DNA of 64,000 nucleotides from Alphaproteobacteria bacterium. Lineage in GTDB: Bacteria; Pseudomonadota; Alphaproteobacteria; JAAXGF01. Below the pieces are notes generated by a model. The model was not told where the DNA came from. It did not search any database and saw only the letters and a program-made list of their open reading frames with translations. Where the stretch lies: the NCBI GenBank assembly GCA_965218865.1, contig CBDCME010000027.1, positions 14,991-78,990 of the forward strand, read 5' to 3'. A program made the position numbers and the translations under genes. This document shows positions 1-9,675 of this stretch, one piece after another (the first letter of the stretch is position 1; the number at the start of each line of letters is the position of its first letter).

Positions 1-143
1 AACATCAACGGCGACGCGACCGTTACCTGCATCGTCGCCAAGAGCGAGGGCCAGCTCGACGAGGCGGTGTTCAGAGACCCGGACGCGGGGATCCTGCGTT
101 CAACCGAGTTCCCGATCGCTCCGCCGAAGAGCGGGGATCCCTA
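1..143 (+). CDS. 3' end of an unidentified gene truncated by the window edge; stop at 141-143
   Basis: Open frame runs in from the window start and ends at a TAG. The next gene follows on the opposite strand. Confidence 0.3.
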
Positions 144-150
144 GAGCCGC

Positions 151-957
151 TTAGGTTTCTTTCTTTTCCGGCGCCGAATTGCCGGTTTCCTTTTCGAAGC
201 CCTCGAGGTATTGGGGCGGCATGGTCTCGGGGCCGAGGGCGCCGAGCGACAGGTAGATTTTCATGACGTCGTCGACGCTGATTTCCGGAGCGGGAACGAC
301 GGCCTCCTTGCGGACGAATATCAGGCCACCCGACATGGGCACCGGCGAGGTCGGGATGTAGACGATCACGTGCGGGGTGCCCTCGACGGTGTAGACGTCC
401 TGGCTCGGCTGAAGCGCGAGCATGCGAACGCCGTTGTCCGCGCCGAAACTACAAAAAACGACCGACATGCCCTTCATCTCGGTGTTCTCGTCGGTTCTCA
501 GAAGCTTCAGAATTTGGGATACGGGCTTGTAGATGGTCCGAAATATCGGAACCTGGCTGAGGAGCGTGCTGAGCGCGTTGTCGATTTTTCGTTTCGCGAA
601 TCCTTTGATGAGAACCCCGATGAACCAGATTATGGCCATCGCGAAGACCACGCCGAACCAGAACGCCACCCGTCCGCTATCGGTTCCGATGATCGCCGAG
701 CCGCTATAGGTAAATAGATTTCCGAAAAACGTTCCGGGACCGAAAATGTCCCGCAAGGTCTGTACCAGCCACTGAATGATCGCGACGCTCACGAAGATCG
801 GCAAGATCACGAACAGGCCGGTGACGAAGCTTCCGATCAGGCCTTCGTTCCAGCTCCATTTCGCCAAGCGTACCGTTCCCCGCTTGCCTTCCCACCAAAG
901 CCATTTGGCCTCATTCCAAACCCATTTCAGGAATTTCAGCGTCGGCTCGAGATTCAT
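151..957 (-). CDS. DUF502-family membrane protein
   Basis: 268-aa ORF with N-terminal transmembrane helices. It carries the conserved motif [20 protein letters not shown]. Confidence 0.55.
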   Translation of the reverse strand: MNLEPTLKFLKWVWNEAKWLWWEGKRGTVRLAKWSWNEGLIGSFVTGLFVILPIFVSVAIIQWLVQTLRDIFGPGTFFGNLFTYSGSAIIGTDSGRVAFWFGVVFAMAIIWFIGVLIKGFAKRKIDNALSTLLSQVPIFRTIYKPVSQILKLLRTDENTEMKGMSVVFCSFGADNGVRMLALQPSQDVYTVEGTPHVIVYIPTSPVPMSGGLIFVRKEAVVPAPEISVDDVMKIYLSLGALGPETMPPQYLEGFEKETGNSAPEKKET

Positions 958-1006
958 TCATCGTCTCCTTGGAGGGGGTGCGCCTTGGCGCTGGCCGCCT
1001 TCGATC

Positions 1007-2218
1007 TCAGGCGGTGAAGGCCTGGATGCCGGTTTGGGCGCGGCCGAGGACGAGGGCGTGGATGTCGTGAGTGCCCTCGTAGGTGTTGACCGCCTCGAGG
1101 TTCATCATGTGGCGGACGACATGATAGGCGTCGGCGACGCCGTTGGCGCCGTGCATGTCGCGGGCCTGGCGGGCGATGTCGAGCGCCTTGCCGCAGGAAT
1201 TGCGCTTGATCAGGGATATCGCCTCGGGCGTGTCCTGGCCTTGGTCGCGCAGGCGGCCAACGCGCAAGCAGGCCTGGAGACCGAGAGCGATTTCGGTTTG
1301 CATGTCCGCGAGCTTCTTCTGGATCAGCTGATTCGCCGCCAGAGGCTGGCCGAACTGGTGCCGCGACAGGGTGTAGTCGCGGGCGGCGTGCCAGCAAAAT
1401 TCCGCCGCTCCCAAGGCACCCCAGGCGATCCCGTATCGGGCCCCGTTGAGACAGGCGAACAGATCCTTGAGGCCACTGGCCCCGGGCAACAGGTTGTGCT
1501 CGGGGACGAACACCGATTCCATGACGATCTCGCCCGTCGCCGAGGCCCGCAAGGCAAATTTGCCTTCGATCGGCGGGGTGCTCAAACCATCCATCCCGCG
1601 TTCGAGAATAAAGCCCTTGATGGCGCCGGCGTCGTCTTTCGCCCACACGATGAACAAATCCGCGACGGGGGCATTGGTGATCCAAGTCTTGGTGCCCGAA
1701 AGCCGATAACCACCGGCCATCCCTTCAGCTCGGCTCCCCATGCCGCCGGGGTCGGATCCGTGATCCGGTTCGGTCAGGCCGAAGCAGCCGAGCGATTCGC
1801 CGGCGCCAAGGCGCCGCAGGTAGGTCTGGCGCTGCGCCTCGCTGCCGAAGAGGTATATTGCCTCCATCACGAGGCTCGATTGAACACTCATCGCCGAGCG
1901 GTAAGTCGAATCCACGCGCTCGATCTCGCGCGCGGCGAGGCCGTAGGCGACGGCACCGACACCGGCGCATCCGAAACCGGAGATGGTCGCCCCCAAGAGG
2001 CCGAGCGCCCCCATTTCATTGATGATTTCGCGCTCGAATTTTTCCTCGCGGTTGGCCTCGATAATCCGCGGCATGAGTTTTTCCTGGGCGTAGGCGCGGG
2101 CCGTGTCACGGACCGCCCGCTCGTCCTCGCTGAGCTGGTCGTCTAGGCGAAAGGGATCTTCCCAGACGAAGGCGGGTCTGGCGGCCGATTTCGGGCGAGG
2201 GGACTCGGATGGGGACAT
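1007..2218 (-). CDS. gcdH: glutaryl-CoA dehydrogenase (acyl-CoA dehydrogenase family)
   Basis: 403 aa. Shows [17 protein letters not shown] near the N-terminus. The acyl-CoA dehydrogenase fold signatures are present throughout. Confidence 0.75.
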   Translation of the reverse strand: MSPSESPRPKSAARPAFVWEDPFRLDDQLSEDERAVRDTARAYAQEKLMPRIIEANREEKFEREIINEMGALGLLGATISGFGCAGVGAVAYGLAAREIERVDSTYRSAMSVQSSLVMEAIYLFGSEAQRQTYLRRLGAGESLGCFGLTEPDHGSDPGGMGSRAEGMAGGYRLSGTKTWITNAPVADLFIVWAKDDAGAIKGFILERGMDGLSTPPIEGKFALRASATGEIVMESVFVPEHNLLPGASGLKDLFACLNGARYGIAWGALGAAEFCWHAARDYTLSRHQFGQPLAANQLIQKKLADMQTEIALGLQACLRVGRLRDQGQDTPEAISLIKRNSCGKALDIARQARDMHGANGVADAYHVVRHMMNLEAVNTYEGTHDIHALVLGRAQTGIQAFTA

Positions 2219-2315
2219 CGCCGCTCCAAGGTTGACGCCGGCGCGATCGTCGCCGAGTCTAGCGTGATGCCGTTAGCATCTCCAGGATTCTCCGTCTGCT
2301 CTCCCGGCGGCGTCC

Positions 2316-2513
2316 ATGAATAGGGGCGGGGGCGATGCCGAGGACGTGATCATCGAATTCCATCGGCTCGGCGCCAGCGTCAAGGTCAGCGCCTTCGATC
2401 CCAAGACCATGACTGAGGTCGCGATCGTCGGACCGGCCACGGCCGGGGAGGCCGAATTGACCCGAAACGTCCTCAATAAACTCGAATACGTGATTGCGAA
2501 AAAACGCCGCTGA
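2316..2513 (+). CDS. small hypothetical protein of 65 aa
   Basis: ATG preceded by a G-rich stretch. Positioned divergently from gcdH. No recognisable domain. Confidence 0.3.
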   Translation: MNRGGGDAEDVIIEFHRLGASVKVSAFDPKTMTEVAIVGPATAGEAELTRNVLNKLEYVIAKKRR

Positions 2514-2519
2514 AGGCGG

Positions 2520-2849
2520 TCAACGAGGCGTCGTCGGGTTCAGATGGGTGCTCAGGTAGTTGAGGATGCGCCGCCGCGCCAAGGGTTCCAGCGCCGGCAT
2601 GCCCTGTTCAGCCACCATCCAGTCGAGGGTTTCGTCCCACACTTCCTGGCTCAGGCGTTGCTGGACGACGAGGCGGAGGGAATGACAGGCCGAGCACGTC
2701 TCGACAACCTCCTGACGGCCCTCGCCGAGGGGAAGTTCGGGGATCTTCGCCTCCTCGGCCGCCGCCGACATGGCGGTGACAACGATCCCGGCGAGCGCCA
2801 GTTGGCGCCGGGTGGACCCAACCGGGGCGGGTTTCTCGGCCGCCGTCAT
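2520..2849 (-). CDS. sorB: monohaem cytochrome c subunit of sulfite dehydrogenase, SorB-like
   Basis: 109 aa with a single CSACH haem-binding motif. It overlaps by 4 bp and is co-oriented with the upstream molybdoenzyme gene. Confidence 0.55.
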   Translation of the reverse strand: MTAAEKPAPVGSTRRQLALAGIVVTAMSAAAEEAKIPELPLGEGRQEVVETCSACHSLRLVVQQRLSQEVWDETLDWMVAEQGMPALEPLARRRILNYLSTHLNPTTPR

Positions 2850-4159
2850 GCGGCGACCTTGAGCGCGATCCGGTGCATCGAATTATTCAAGTATCCCTTG
2901 GGGTTCCAAGCAATCTCGAATGGTTGCGCGCGGCCTTCGTCGTCGCTGGCGCGGGCCCAGATTTCGTAATAACCGCGTCCCGGCAAGCGGATTTTCGCCC
3001 GCCAATGCTGCCAAGCGTAGCGGTTGCGGGGGGAATCGAGCTGGGCCCGAGTCCAGGTGGCGCCGAAATCATGCGAGACGTCGACCCGGGTGACCGAGCC
3101 ATCCCCAGCCCAGGCGTGGCCGCCGACCTCGAACGAGGCCCCCGGCAGCGTGGTCCCGGTCATCGGACGGGTTATGAGCGACTTTATCGGCATAGATTCG
3201 ATGACTCGAAAATCCGCCTCGGGCACCTTGGCGCCCGGCGCCACGGGATAAGCGGGAACGCGATACGATTTTCCGGTCATCTTGGGGCCGTCGTGAACCC
3301 GGTCCCGAAGCCACAGGCGGCGCAGCCATTTGCCCGAGACCGACCCGGGCCAGCCGGGGGCCACGAGGCGGACCGGAAAACCGTGCCATGGAGGCAGCGG
3401 CTCGCCGTTCATCCGGTACGCCAGGATGGTATGGGGGTCGAGCATTTTGGTTATCGGCGCGCCCCGTGAAATCACGACTTTTTCGGGGTCGCCCGAGAGG
3501 TGGAGGTCGGCGCCGTAGTAAGCCGTAAAGACCGCGCTCGACTTGATTCCGGCCACCTTCAGGACGTCACGGAGCCGTGCCCCCGTCCATTCCGCGCAGC
3601 CGACCGCGCCGACGGTCCATTGGTTTCCCCTGGCCGGCGGATTGAAGGCGGCCCGGCCATTGCCCCCGCATTCGAGTTGGAGTTGTAACGTTACCTCGGG
3701 AAAATCCTTCATCAGCTCGCTCAGGCCCAGCCGCAGCGGGTTTTCGACCTCGCCGTCGATGACGAGCGACCAATCCTTCGCCTTCATGGCGCCCGCCGCC
3801 TCCGGCACCACACCGTTGTTGCGGATGAAATGACGGTGGTTCGGCGTCACGGCGTCATCGAGCAAATGGGCCGGTGTCTCGGCGTTGACCGGCCGGTCGT
3901 TGAGAACCGTCAGGCCATCTTTCCCCGCGATCGTGAAGGATTCGGGGGTTTCGGCGAGCGCCGCCGGGATAAGCCCGGCCGGCAAATTGCGGCTGAAGGG
4001 AATGTTCGCGCCGACGGCGGCGCACATCGCCGCCAGACCCGCACCCTTCAAGAAACCACGCCTGCCGGCCCCGGCGCGGCGCCCGAAAACCAGGAAATCG
4101 GCGCCATCCGGATCGTCCTGGTAAAGAGCGCATATTCCACGTTCACGTCGTTCCTGCAT
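2846..4159 (-). CDS. sorA: sulfite:cytochrome c oxidoreductase molybdopterin subunit, SorA/SoxC-like (sulfite oxidase family)
   Basis: Sulfite-oxidase-family Mo-binding and dimerisation domains. Twin-arginine (TAT) signal motif RRGFLKGAGLAA. The exact start codon is uncertain. Confidence 0.65.
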   Translation of the reverse strand: MQERRERGICALYQDDPDGADFLVFGRRAGAGRRGFLKGAGLAAMCAAVGANIPFSRNLPAGLIPAALAETPESFTIAGKDGLTVLNDRPVNAETPAHLLDDAVTPNHRHFIRNNGVVPEAAGAMKAKDWSLVIDGEVENPLRLGLSELMKDFPEVTLQLQLECGGNGRAAFNPPARGNQWTVGAVGCAEWTGARLRDVLKVAGIKSSAVFTAYYGADLHLSGDPEKVVISRGAPITKMLDPHTILAYRMNGEPLPPWHGFPVRLVAPGWPGSVSGKWLRRLWLRDRVHDGPKMTGKSYRVPAYPVAPGAKVPEADFRVIESMPIKSLITRPMTGTTLPGASFEVGGHAWAGDGSVTRVDVSHDFGATWTRAQLDSPRNRYAWQHWRAKIRLPGRGYYEIWARASDDEGRAQPFEIAWNPKGYLNNSMHRIALKVAA

Positions 4160-4170
4160 GGCGTTACTCC

Positions 4171-4288
4171 ATTCCAGCGCGAGCTCGGCACTCGTTGGCG
4201 TCGTGACGGCTTGCTTTCCACAAATATGTCGTTACTCCGTTACGGGGCGAGCTCCGAGCACATTGGCGCCTTGACGGCACGGCACCAT
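4171..4288. repeat. two imperfect ~50-bp direct repeats (4171-4220 and 4239-4288, ~75% identical) directly upstream of sorA
   Basis: Both units share gttactcc..gcgagctc..ttggcg..tgacggc. Each carries an internal GAGCTC-type palindrome. Confidence 0.5.
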
Positions 4289-4403
4289 TTCACGATTGGT
4301 TGGCCGATCGCGCAAGGCAAAATCGATTTCCGCTGGCGCGGCGCCGTTCTTTCATTCATGTGACAGTCTTCTCGAAAATGCGCTTCCGCGCATTTTCGAA
4401 CAG

Positions 4404-5860
4404 ATGGGGTAATCGGCGGGGGTTGGCCGCAAGGTTTGACATTGGTGGCTGCCTTCCGGAGTGTCGTTGAAACGAGGTCTGATATCAGCCTCAAACGCCA
4501 TGAAAGGAAGACAGCCGCGGAACATTATGCAGGATTGGACCTGTCGCTTGAAGAGACAAGTGTTTGTGTTGTCGACGAGGACAGAAAGGTTGTCCTGTAG
4601 GAGAAGGTTTTGAGCGAGCCGGAAGCGATCGTGGCGGTGCTGGAACAGTTTCGCGGCTCGCTGGCGCGGGTCGGCCTGGAAGCGGGACCGCTGTCGCCAT
4701 GGCTTCACGCCTGTCTTCACAAGGCGGGTTTTGCGGCGATCTGCATCGAGACCCGGCACGTGAAAGCATCGCTTGCGGCGATGCGCAACAACCGTAAAGA
4801 CGCCCATGGCATCGCCCAGATGATGCGCCTGGGGTGGTATTGCATGGTTCACGTCAAGAGCCGGGAGAGCCAGGAGCTGCGGATGCTCTTGAACAACCGC
4901 AAGACCTTGCAGAAGAAGACACGCGACATCGAGAACGAAATTCGAGGCACCCTGAAGGCGTTCGGACTGAAGGTGGGCAAGGTGGGCGCGGGGCGATTCG
5001 AGATGCGGGTCTTGGAGCTGCTCGAGGGCGAGGCCCGGCTTGGTGCCATGGTGCGGCCGATGCTGAAGGCGCGTGCCGCTTTGATCACCCAATTCGGCAA
5101 GCTTCACCGCTTGGTCCTCAAGGAGGTTCGCGGCGACGCGGTCTGCCGCCGGTTCATGACCACCCACAGCGTCGGCCCGATCACGGCCTTGACTACCGGG
5201 GTTGATGATCCGGAGCGATTCCGAAAATCGAAGAACGTCGGCGCCCACTTCGGGATCACGCCGAGAAAGTATAGCTCCGGCGAAACCGACTACTCGGGCC
5301 ACATCAGCAAGTGCGGCGACGCCATCGTGCGCAGTGCTCTCTACGAGGCCGCCACGGTGCTGCTGACACGGGACAAGCGGCCCTCGGCGCTCAAGGCCTG
5401 GGGCGAGCGGATCGCCCAGCGGTCCAGCCCCAAGCGGGCCCGGGTGGCGGTGGCGCGCAAGCTCGCCGTGATCCTCCACCGCATGGGGATCGACGGCAGC
5501 GACTTCCGCCGCGAGGCCGCGGCCAAGGCCGCCGGCTAGGAGGCTCCGAGATGACTCTTTTGCCAGCAAACAATCGCCGAGGAGAAAGCTCCATAAAACA
5601 AACGGTCGATCGAGATCCGCCGTGGCGGATGGTGCCCTGGTGGGGACCGGGGACGAGGAGAGCACGCTCAGAGTCTTGTCGTCGATCCAGGTCGTTTCGG
5701 ATCGAACACGCCGAACAGATTGTCGCCGCCTCACCCTTCTGATCCCATCCTGTGCCGGCAAGCCCCGAGCACGTAGAGAAGCATGGACCACCAGGCCAAC
5801 CCCACGCCCGCGGACCCGAATCACTTTGGAAGCTTGACCTTCAAATGCCGATTAGAGAAG
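4404..5860 (+). mobile_element. IS110-family insertion sequence, copy 1, about 1457 bp, inserted in a REP-like palindrome
   Basis: Boundaries are inferred from an uninterrupted copy of the flanking sequence at 9622-9648: ttttcgaacag then actgtgagacgaatct. The family lacks terminal inverted repeats. Non-coding ends are 122 bp (5') and 321 bp (3'). Confidence 0.55.
4526..5539 (+). pseudogene. IS110-family transposase with an in-frame TAG at 4598-4600
   Basis: The N-terminal signature YAGLDLSLEETSVCVVDEDRKVVL runs into a TAG and continues in frame as EKVLSEPEAIV. The C-terminal domain is intact, with motif GAHFGITPRKYSSGE. Confidence 0.7.
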
Positions 5861-5931
5861 ACTGTGAGACGAATCTGTTCGAAAATGCGCTTCTGCGCAT
5901 ATTTTGCGTCTGGCCTTCTCCCCCCCCCCCT

Positions 5932-5971
5932 CCCGGCCACCCACGAGAGGTTGCTGATATGGGTGGCCGGG
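5932..5971. repeat. 12-bp perfect inverted repeat, CCCGGCCACCCA..TGGGTGGCCGGG, forming a stem-loop; preceded by an 11-nt poly-C tract at 5920-5930
   Basis: Seen directly in the sequence. It lies about 45 nt beyond the stop of the IS110 copy 2 transposase on the minus strand. Confidence 0.6.
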
Positions 5972-6012
5972 AGGGACTCCCCACCATTGAGCAAGGGCGA
6001 AATGAGAGGTGG

Positions 6013-6158
6013 TCACGCTGCCGGAGTGAGGCGGCGTTGGGCTTTTTTTTGAGCATGGGATGGATCGAAGAGGGTTTGATTTCTGAGCATGGCGCAGGCG
6101 ACGGCAAGCAGTCTATCGGCGACGGTTCTCAGCGCTCTGGCGTGGCCGTGTCCCCGGG
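6013..6158 (-). pseudogene. 3' fragment of the same IS110-family transposase, separated by the nested IS1634 element
   Basis: Conserved IS110 C-terminal tail is in frame with the upstream fragment once 6159-8194 is removed. Confidence 0.6.
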
Positions 6159-8194
6159 CCCTAACCCGACTTCGCCAACTCGGCACATTGGGAGGTGATA
6201 ACACATTGATTTTCAGTGATCAGACCCTCAAAGGTCGGCACTACACGGGGCGACCGGGAGGTCCTCAAACGTGACTTGAAGACAGAAGCTTCGGCGCGGG
6301 TTGCTTCGGCAATGTCAGATGGAGTTGACGCAGGAGTAATTCGTGGTCTCGGTTCGGCTGGGTATGGCGCGCTAGCACCAGATGGCGCCCATCGGTGGTC
6401 GGCACATGGATGTCCACCATCTGCAAAGTGGTGAACTTCTCAAGGATGGCGCATGGGGTGAGGCCTGGGGCCTGTGGCCGGGCGAGGTTCTTCAGGGTCA
6501 CGAGCAGGCAATAGGCGATGAACGAGACGAAGATGTGCGCCTCGATCCGCTCCTCAAGCTGGTGGAAGATGGGTCGGATGGCAAGATTGTGTTTCAGTTC
6601 CTTGAACGCCTGCTCGATTTCAGTGAGCTGCATGTAATGGCGCCACAACGCGGCGGGGTCTTCACCGGTCATGTTGGAGCGCAACAGGTAGCGGCCTTCG
6701 CGCCGAAACACCTGGCGCAGCTTCTCGCGACGCAGGCGGTAGGTGATCCCGTGGGCGGCCAGCTCTTCGTCGGTTTGCGGGACTTGGACCTCGACCAAGA
6801 ACCAAGCCCGACCGGCGTCTTTCTTCGCCGCACCAAGCTTGAGCATGAGCTGATCGCGACGGTTTGATTGCCGCCGAAGCTCGCCCAGACGCTTCCATAG
6901 CTTCTTCAGCCGCCGCCGGCGCATGCTGCGCTCCTTGAGCACCCGTCGTTCGCTACGCACCAGCACGTAGAGTTCTCCGTCGTTGGTCAGGAGCTTGACA
7001 TCGACCGATTGGCGGACTGCTTGCCAAGGCAGATCGAGGAATGACCTCTCAAGCCGGGTCAGCCGGCCCTTGGGTGTACCGACTAGATAATGTACCGGCG
7101 CATCGCCTGCGCGCATCGTCTCCAGCGTCTCCTCGGTCGGAATCCCGCGGTCCATGATCCACACCCGGTCCGAACGCCCGTACTGGTCCTCAATCTTGGT
7201 GAGAAAATCCGCCAGCGTCGTGTTGTCCGAGGTGTTGTCCGGCATCACCTCATAGGCCAGCGGAAAGCCGTCCGGGGTCACGATCAAAGCGATCACCACC
7301 TGCACGCAATCGCGGCGCTGGGCGCGGCTGTGGCCGAACTGGCGCTTGTCCTCGAACGGGGGGTCGCTCTCGAAGTACGTGCTGGTCAAATCGTAGAGCA
7401 ACACCTCGAAGCGGGCGTTGAACATCGTCGCCCAACGCGCGCGCAAGAACGAGAAGAAGTCCTGCTTGTGCGCCGCGAGCTTGTCCAGGCACCGATACAA
7501 CGTGTTGCTGGCAATCACCCGGTCGCAACCCAGCATATCGCGCAGTGCACTGTGTTCGTACCAATGCCGATGAAGACGCCAATCGCTTCCCGGGTCGATG
7601 AGTCGGTAGCAGACCTGGATCTTCAAGATGTCCAGCCATCGGGTGCCTTCCCGGCTCGCCGGCAAGCGCGGCCCCCAGAACCGGTCCAGCTCGAGACGGT
7701 CCCAAAGCGTCAGCGCCAGCCAGCACGCCCCCCACTGGCGCGGGTCGTGCAAGGTCAGATCCTTGAGCCGGACCTGCACTACCTCGCAGTCCAGCTCCGG
7801 CGCTTCCCGATCCTCGGGAAACAGCGCCACCTGCTTCGAGCGCTGAGTCCCCTCCACCACCTCGATCGAGCGGCACCACGCCGCACGCTGGCCGTCGTTG
7901 ATCTCGCCCAGATACAACACTTGGCGCTGCACCACGCGCCCGCCGCTCACGCGCACGTTCTCGACTACGCTCCAGTAGCGGTGCTCCTTGCCGTCTTTGA
8001 ACCGTTTCTTGCAGCGCACGAACATGCGCTCATCGTTCGGCTAAACGAAAGGCAGATCAATAGGGTAGGTCGGCACTACAGGCGATATTGAGGTGAATTT
8101 CACGGGCAGGGCATCAACAATTCAATCACTTGGGTTGCGGAAAAAAATGAAAATCGACAGAATTCACGCCGAGTTGGCGAAGTCGGGCTAAGGG
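6159..8194 (-). mobile_element. IS1634-family insertion sequence of about 2036 bp nested inside IS110 copy 2
   Basis: Imperfect 26-bp terminal inverted repeats: ccctaacccgacttcgccaactcggc at 6159-6184 and its complement at 8168-8194. Removing the element restores the IS110 transposase frame. Confidence 0.7.
6265..8025 (-). CDS. IS1634-family transposase, intact, 586 aa
   Basis: Family-typical N-terminus MFVRCKKRFKDGKEHRYWSVVEN. Long uninterrupted ORF. Confidence 0.75.
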   Translation of the reverse strand: MFVRCKKRFKDGKEHRYWSVVENVRVSGGRVVQRQVLYLGEINDGQRAAWCRSIEVVEGTQRSKQVALFPEDREAPELDCEVVQVRLKDLTLHDPRQWGACWLALTLWDRLELDRFWGPRLPASREGTRWLDILKIQVCYRLIDPGSDWRLHRHWYEHSALRDMLGCDRVIASNTLYRCLDKLAAHKQDFFSFLRARWATMFNARFEVLLYDLTSTYFESDPPFEDKRQFGHSRAQRRDCVQVVIALIVTPDGFPLAYEVMPDNTSDNTTLADFLTKIEDQYGRSDRVWIMDRGIPTEETLETMRAGDAPVHYLVGTPKGRLTRLERSFLDLPWQAVRQSVDVKLLTNDGELYVLVRSERRVLKERSMRRRRLKKLWKRLGELRRQSNRRDQLMLKLGAAKKDAGRAWFLVEVQVPQTDEELAAHGITYRLRREKLRQVFRREGRYLLRSNMTGEDPAALWRHYMQLTEIEQAFKELKHNLAIRPIFHQLEERIEAHIFVSFIAYCLLVTLKNLARPQAPGLTPCAILEKFTTLQMVDIHVPTTDGRHLVLARHTQPNRDHELLLRQLHLTLPKQPAPKLLSSSHV

Positions 8195-9303
8195 CGGCAT
8201 AGCGTTGGCGGCTGATGGGATCGTGTTGGATGGCGACGCGGGCCCAGTGGTAAAGGGCGGTTCGCAGCCGAACGTGGCAGGCCTGACGCATGATGACGAG
8301 ACAGCGTTTGCCGCTCCGGCGGGTAACGGGGGCGGCGCCGGACAAGGTGCGCAGGGCCTGGTAATTTCTTTCCCGCAGGGGCGTCGAGGCTTCTGCGAGC
8401 AGCGTGGCGAGGACGGTCCTCCCGATTCCGGGCATGGAAAGCAGGATGTCCACGTCGCGCTGCTCGGATTTCTGCCCCGAGGCGCTGTCCTGTTGATCGG
8501 CGATGTGTCGGCAGAGGCCGTCGATGCGGCTTCGGGCCTGCTTGACCTGGCGGTTGACCAGGCGCAAACGCTCGGCCAGGGAACCGATATGAGCGCAAGC
8601 GGCGGCGATAGTTCCCGGCGCGACGGTGAGCGGCTTTTGGCGCAAGAGGCGCAACACTTCAGGCGCGTCGATTTTGCGGATGCGGTGGGTTTTCAGCAGC
8701 TTGGCAACGGTATTGGTTCGGATGCGCCGCGCCTTCTCGGGAGTGGGCGCCTTCTTCCACAGGGCGAGAAACCACTCGCTGGCGACATCGTCGCTGACCT
8801 CCAAGGCCTGGGGATAATAGCGTCTCAACTGTTCGCGCAGGTGGTTGGCGAGGCGCACGCGCTCCTGGCCGAGGTCCTCGGCCCAGGCGCGAATATTCGC
8901 GCAGTTCGATGATGGCGGGAGCATCGGCCTTCAAGCGACGAAAGCAATGGCCGTCGGTGCGCAAGGAATCGCCGAGGACATGGGCGTCGCGGCGGTCGTC
9001 CTTGGCGCCGGCGACGGTGAAACGATCGCGAAAGCGGTCGAGCTGCTTGGGGTTGATACTGTGAATGGCGAAACCCCGCTCCAGCAAGGTATCGACGACC
9101 GCCCCATGCGGGACCTCGATGGAGACGGCAATCCTCTCCGGCACACTGCCACTCTTTTTCGTCAGCCACGCGCACAACTCGGCCAGCCCTTCCCCGCTGT
9201 GGGCGAACGACCTTTCAACGACGATGACGCCGTTACCATCAAGAAGGCAAACCTGGTGCCTCTCGGTCGCCCAGTCAATGCCAGCAAACCAATCAAAGTT
9301 CAT
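8195..9303 (-). pseudogene. IS110-family transposase, N-terminal 5' part, with a +1 frameshift near 8892-8894
   Basis: Frame A reads ..IELREYSRL and frame B continues AEDLGQERVRLANHL. One extra G in a GGG run accounts for the shift. Confidence 0.65.
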
Positions 9304-9621
9304 CGCCTTTCTCCTCTCTTGCCTCGGACCGCCGCGACGCCGAACATTCCCTGTACTGGCGCTCGCAGGCGCAACTCCCCACCGGCTGTCCGCCGCGGCC
9401 GTCCCTCCGGGGCACGCGTCCCCCCCAGGTGCTCGAAACACAGGGAGCAATGGGTCGCTCCCAGAAGGCTCGTCCGATCCGAAAAAATGACACGATCAGA
9501 TCTTCAGCTGACCGCATTTTGTGGATAACGCTCCGCGTTACCCACAAAACAACAACCACATCAACTTTCTATGTTCGAGTGGTCAACTTAAATGGTACAG
9601 GGAGAGGGCCGGTGCCGCGAG

Positions 9622-9648
9622 TTTTCGAACAGACTGTGAGACGAATCT
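9622..9648. repeat. unoccupied copy of the IS110 copy 1 target sequence
   Basis: Contiguous ttttcgaacag|actgtgagacgaatct. The two halves match the sequence immediately left of 4404 and right of 5860. Confidence 0.5.
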
Positions 9649-9675
9649 TGGGCGGGGCAAAGTAGCGACAAATTC

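Larger units (their letters stand above)
5909..9450 (-). mobile_element. second IS110-family element, copy 2, a different subgroup, disrupted by a nested IS; outer boundaries approximate
   Basis: Transposase N-terminus is at 9303-8195 (MNFDWFAGIDWATERHQVCLLDG). Its C-terminal tail is at 6158-6013 (GHGHARALRTVADRLLAVACAMLRNQTLFDP). Joining 8195 to 6158 restores the reading frame exactly. Confidence 0.5.

Noticed and set aside
4352-5824. 490-aa ORF on the minus strand
   Set aside because: It is entirely antisense to the IS110 transposase and its non-coding ends. High-GC antisense frames stay open by chance, and no domain is recognisable.
7090-8091. 333-aa ORF on the plus strand, plus the 7250-7879 minus-strand ORF
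   Set aside because: They are antisense or alternative-frame to the intact IS1634 transposase. The composition is Ala/Arg/Gly/Pro-rich and typical of non-coding frames in GC-rich DNA.
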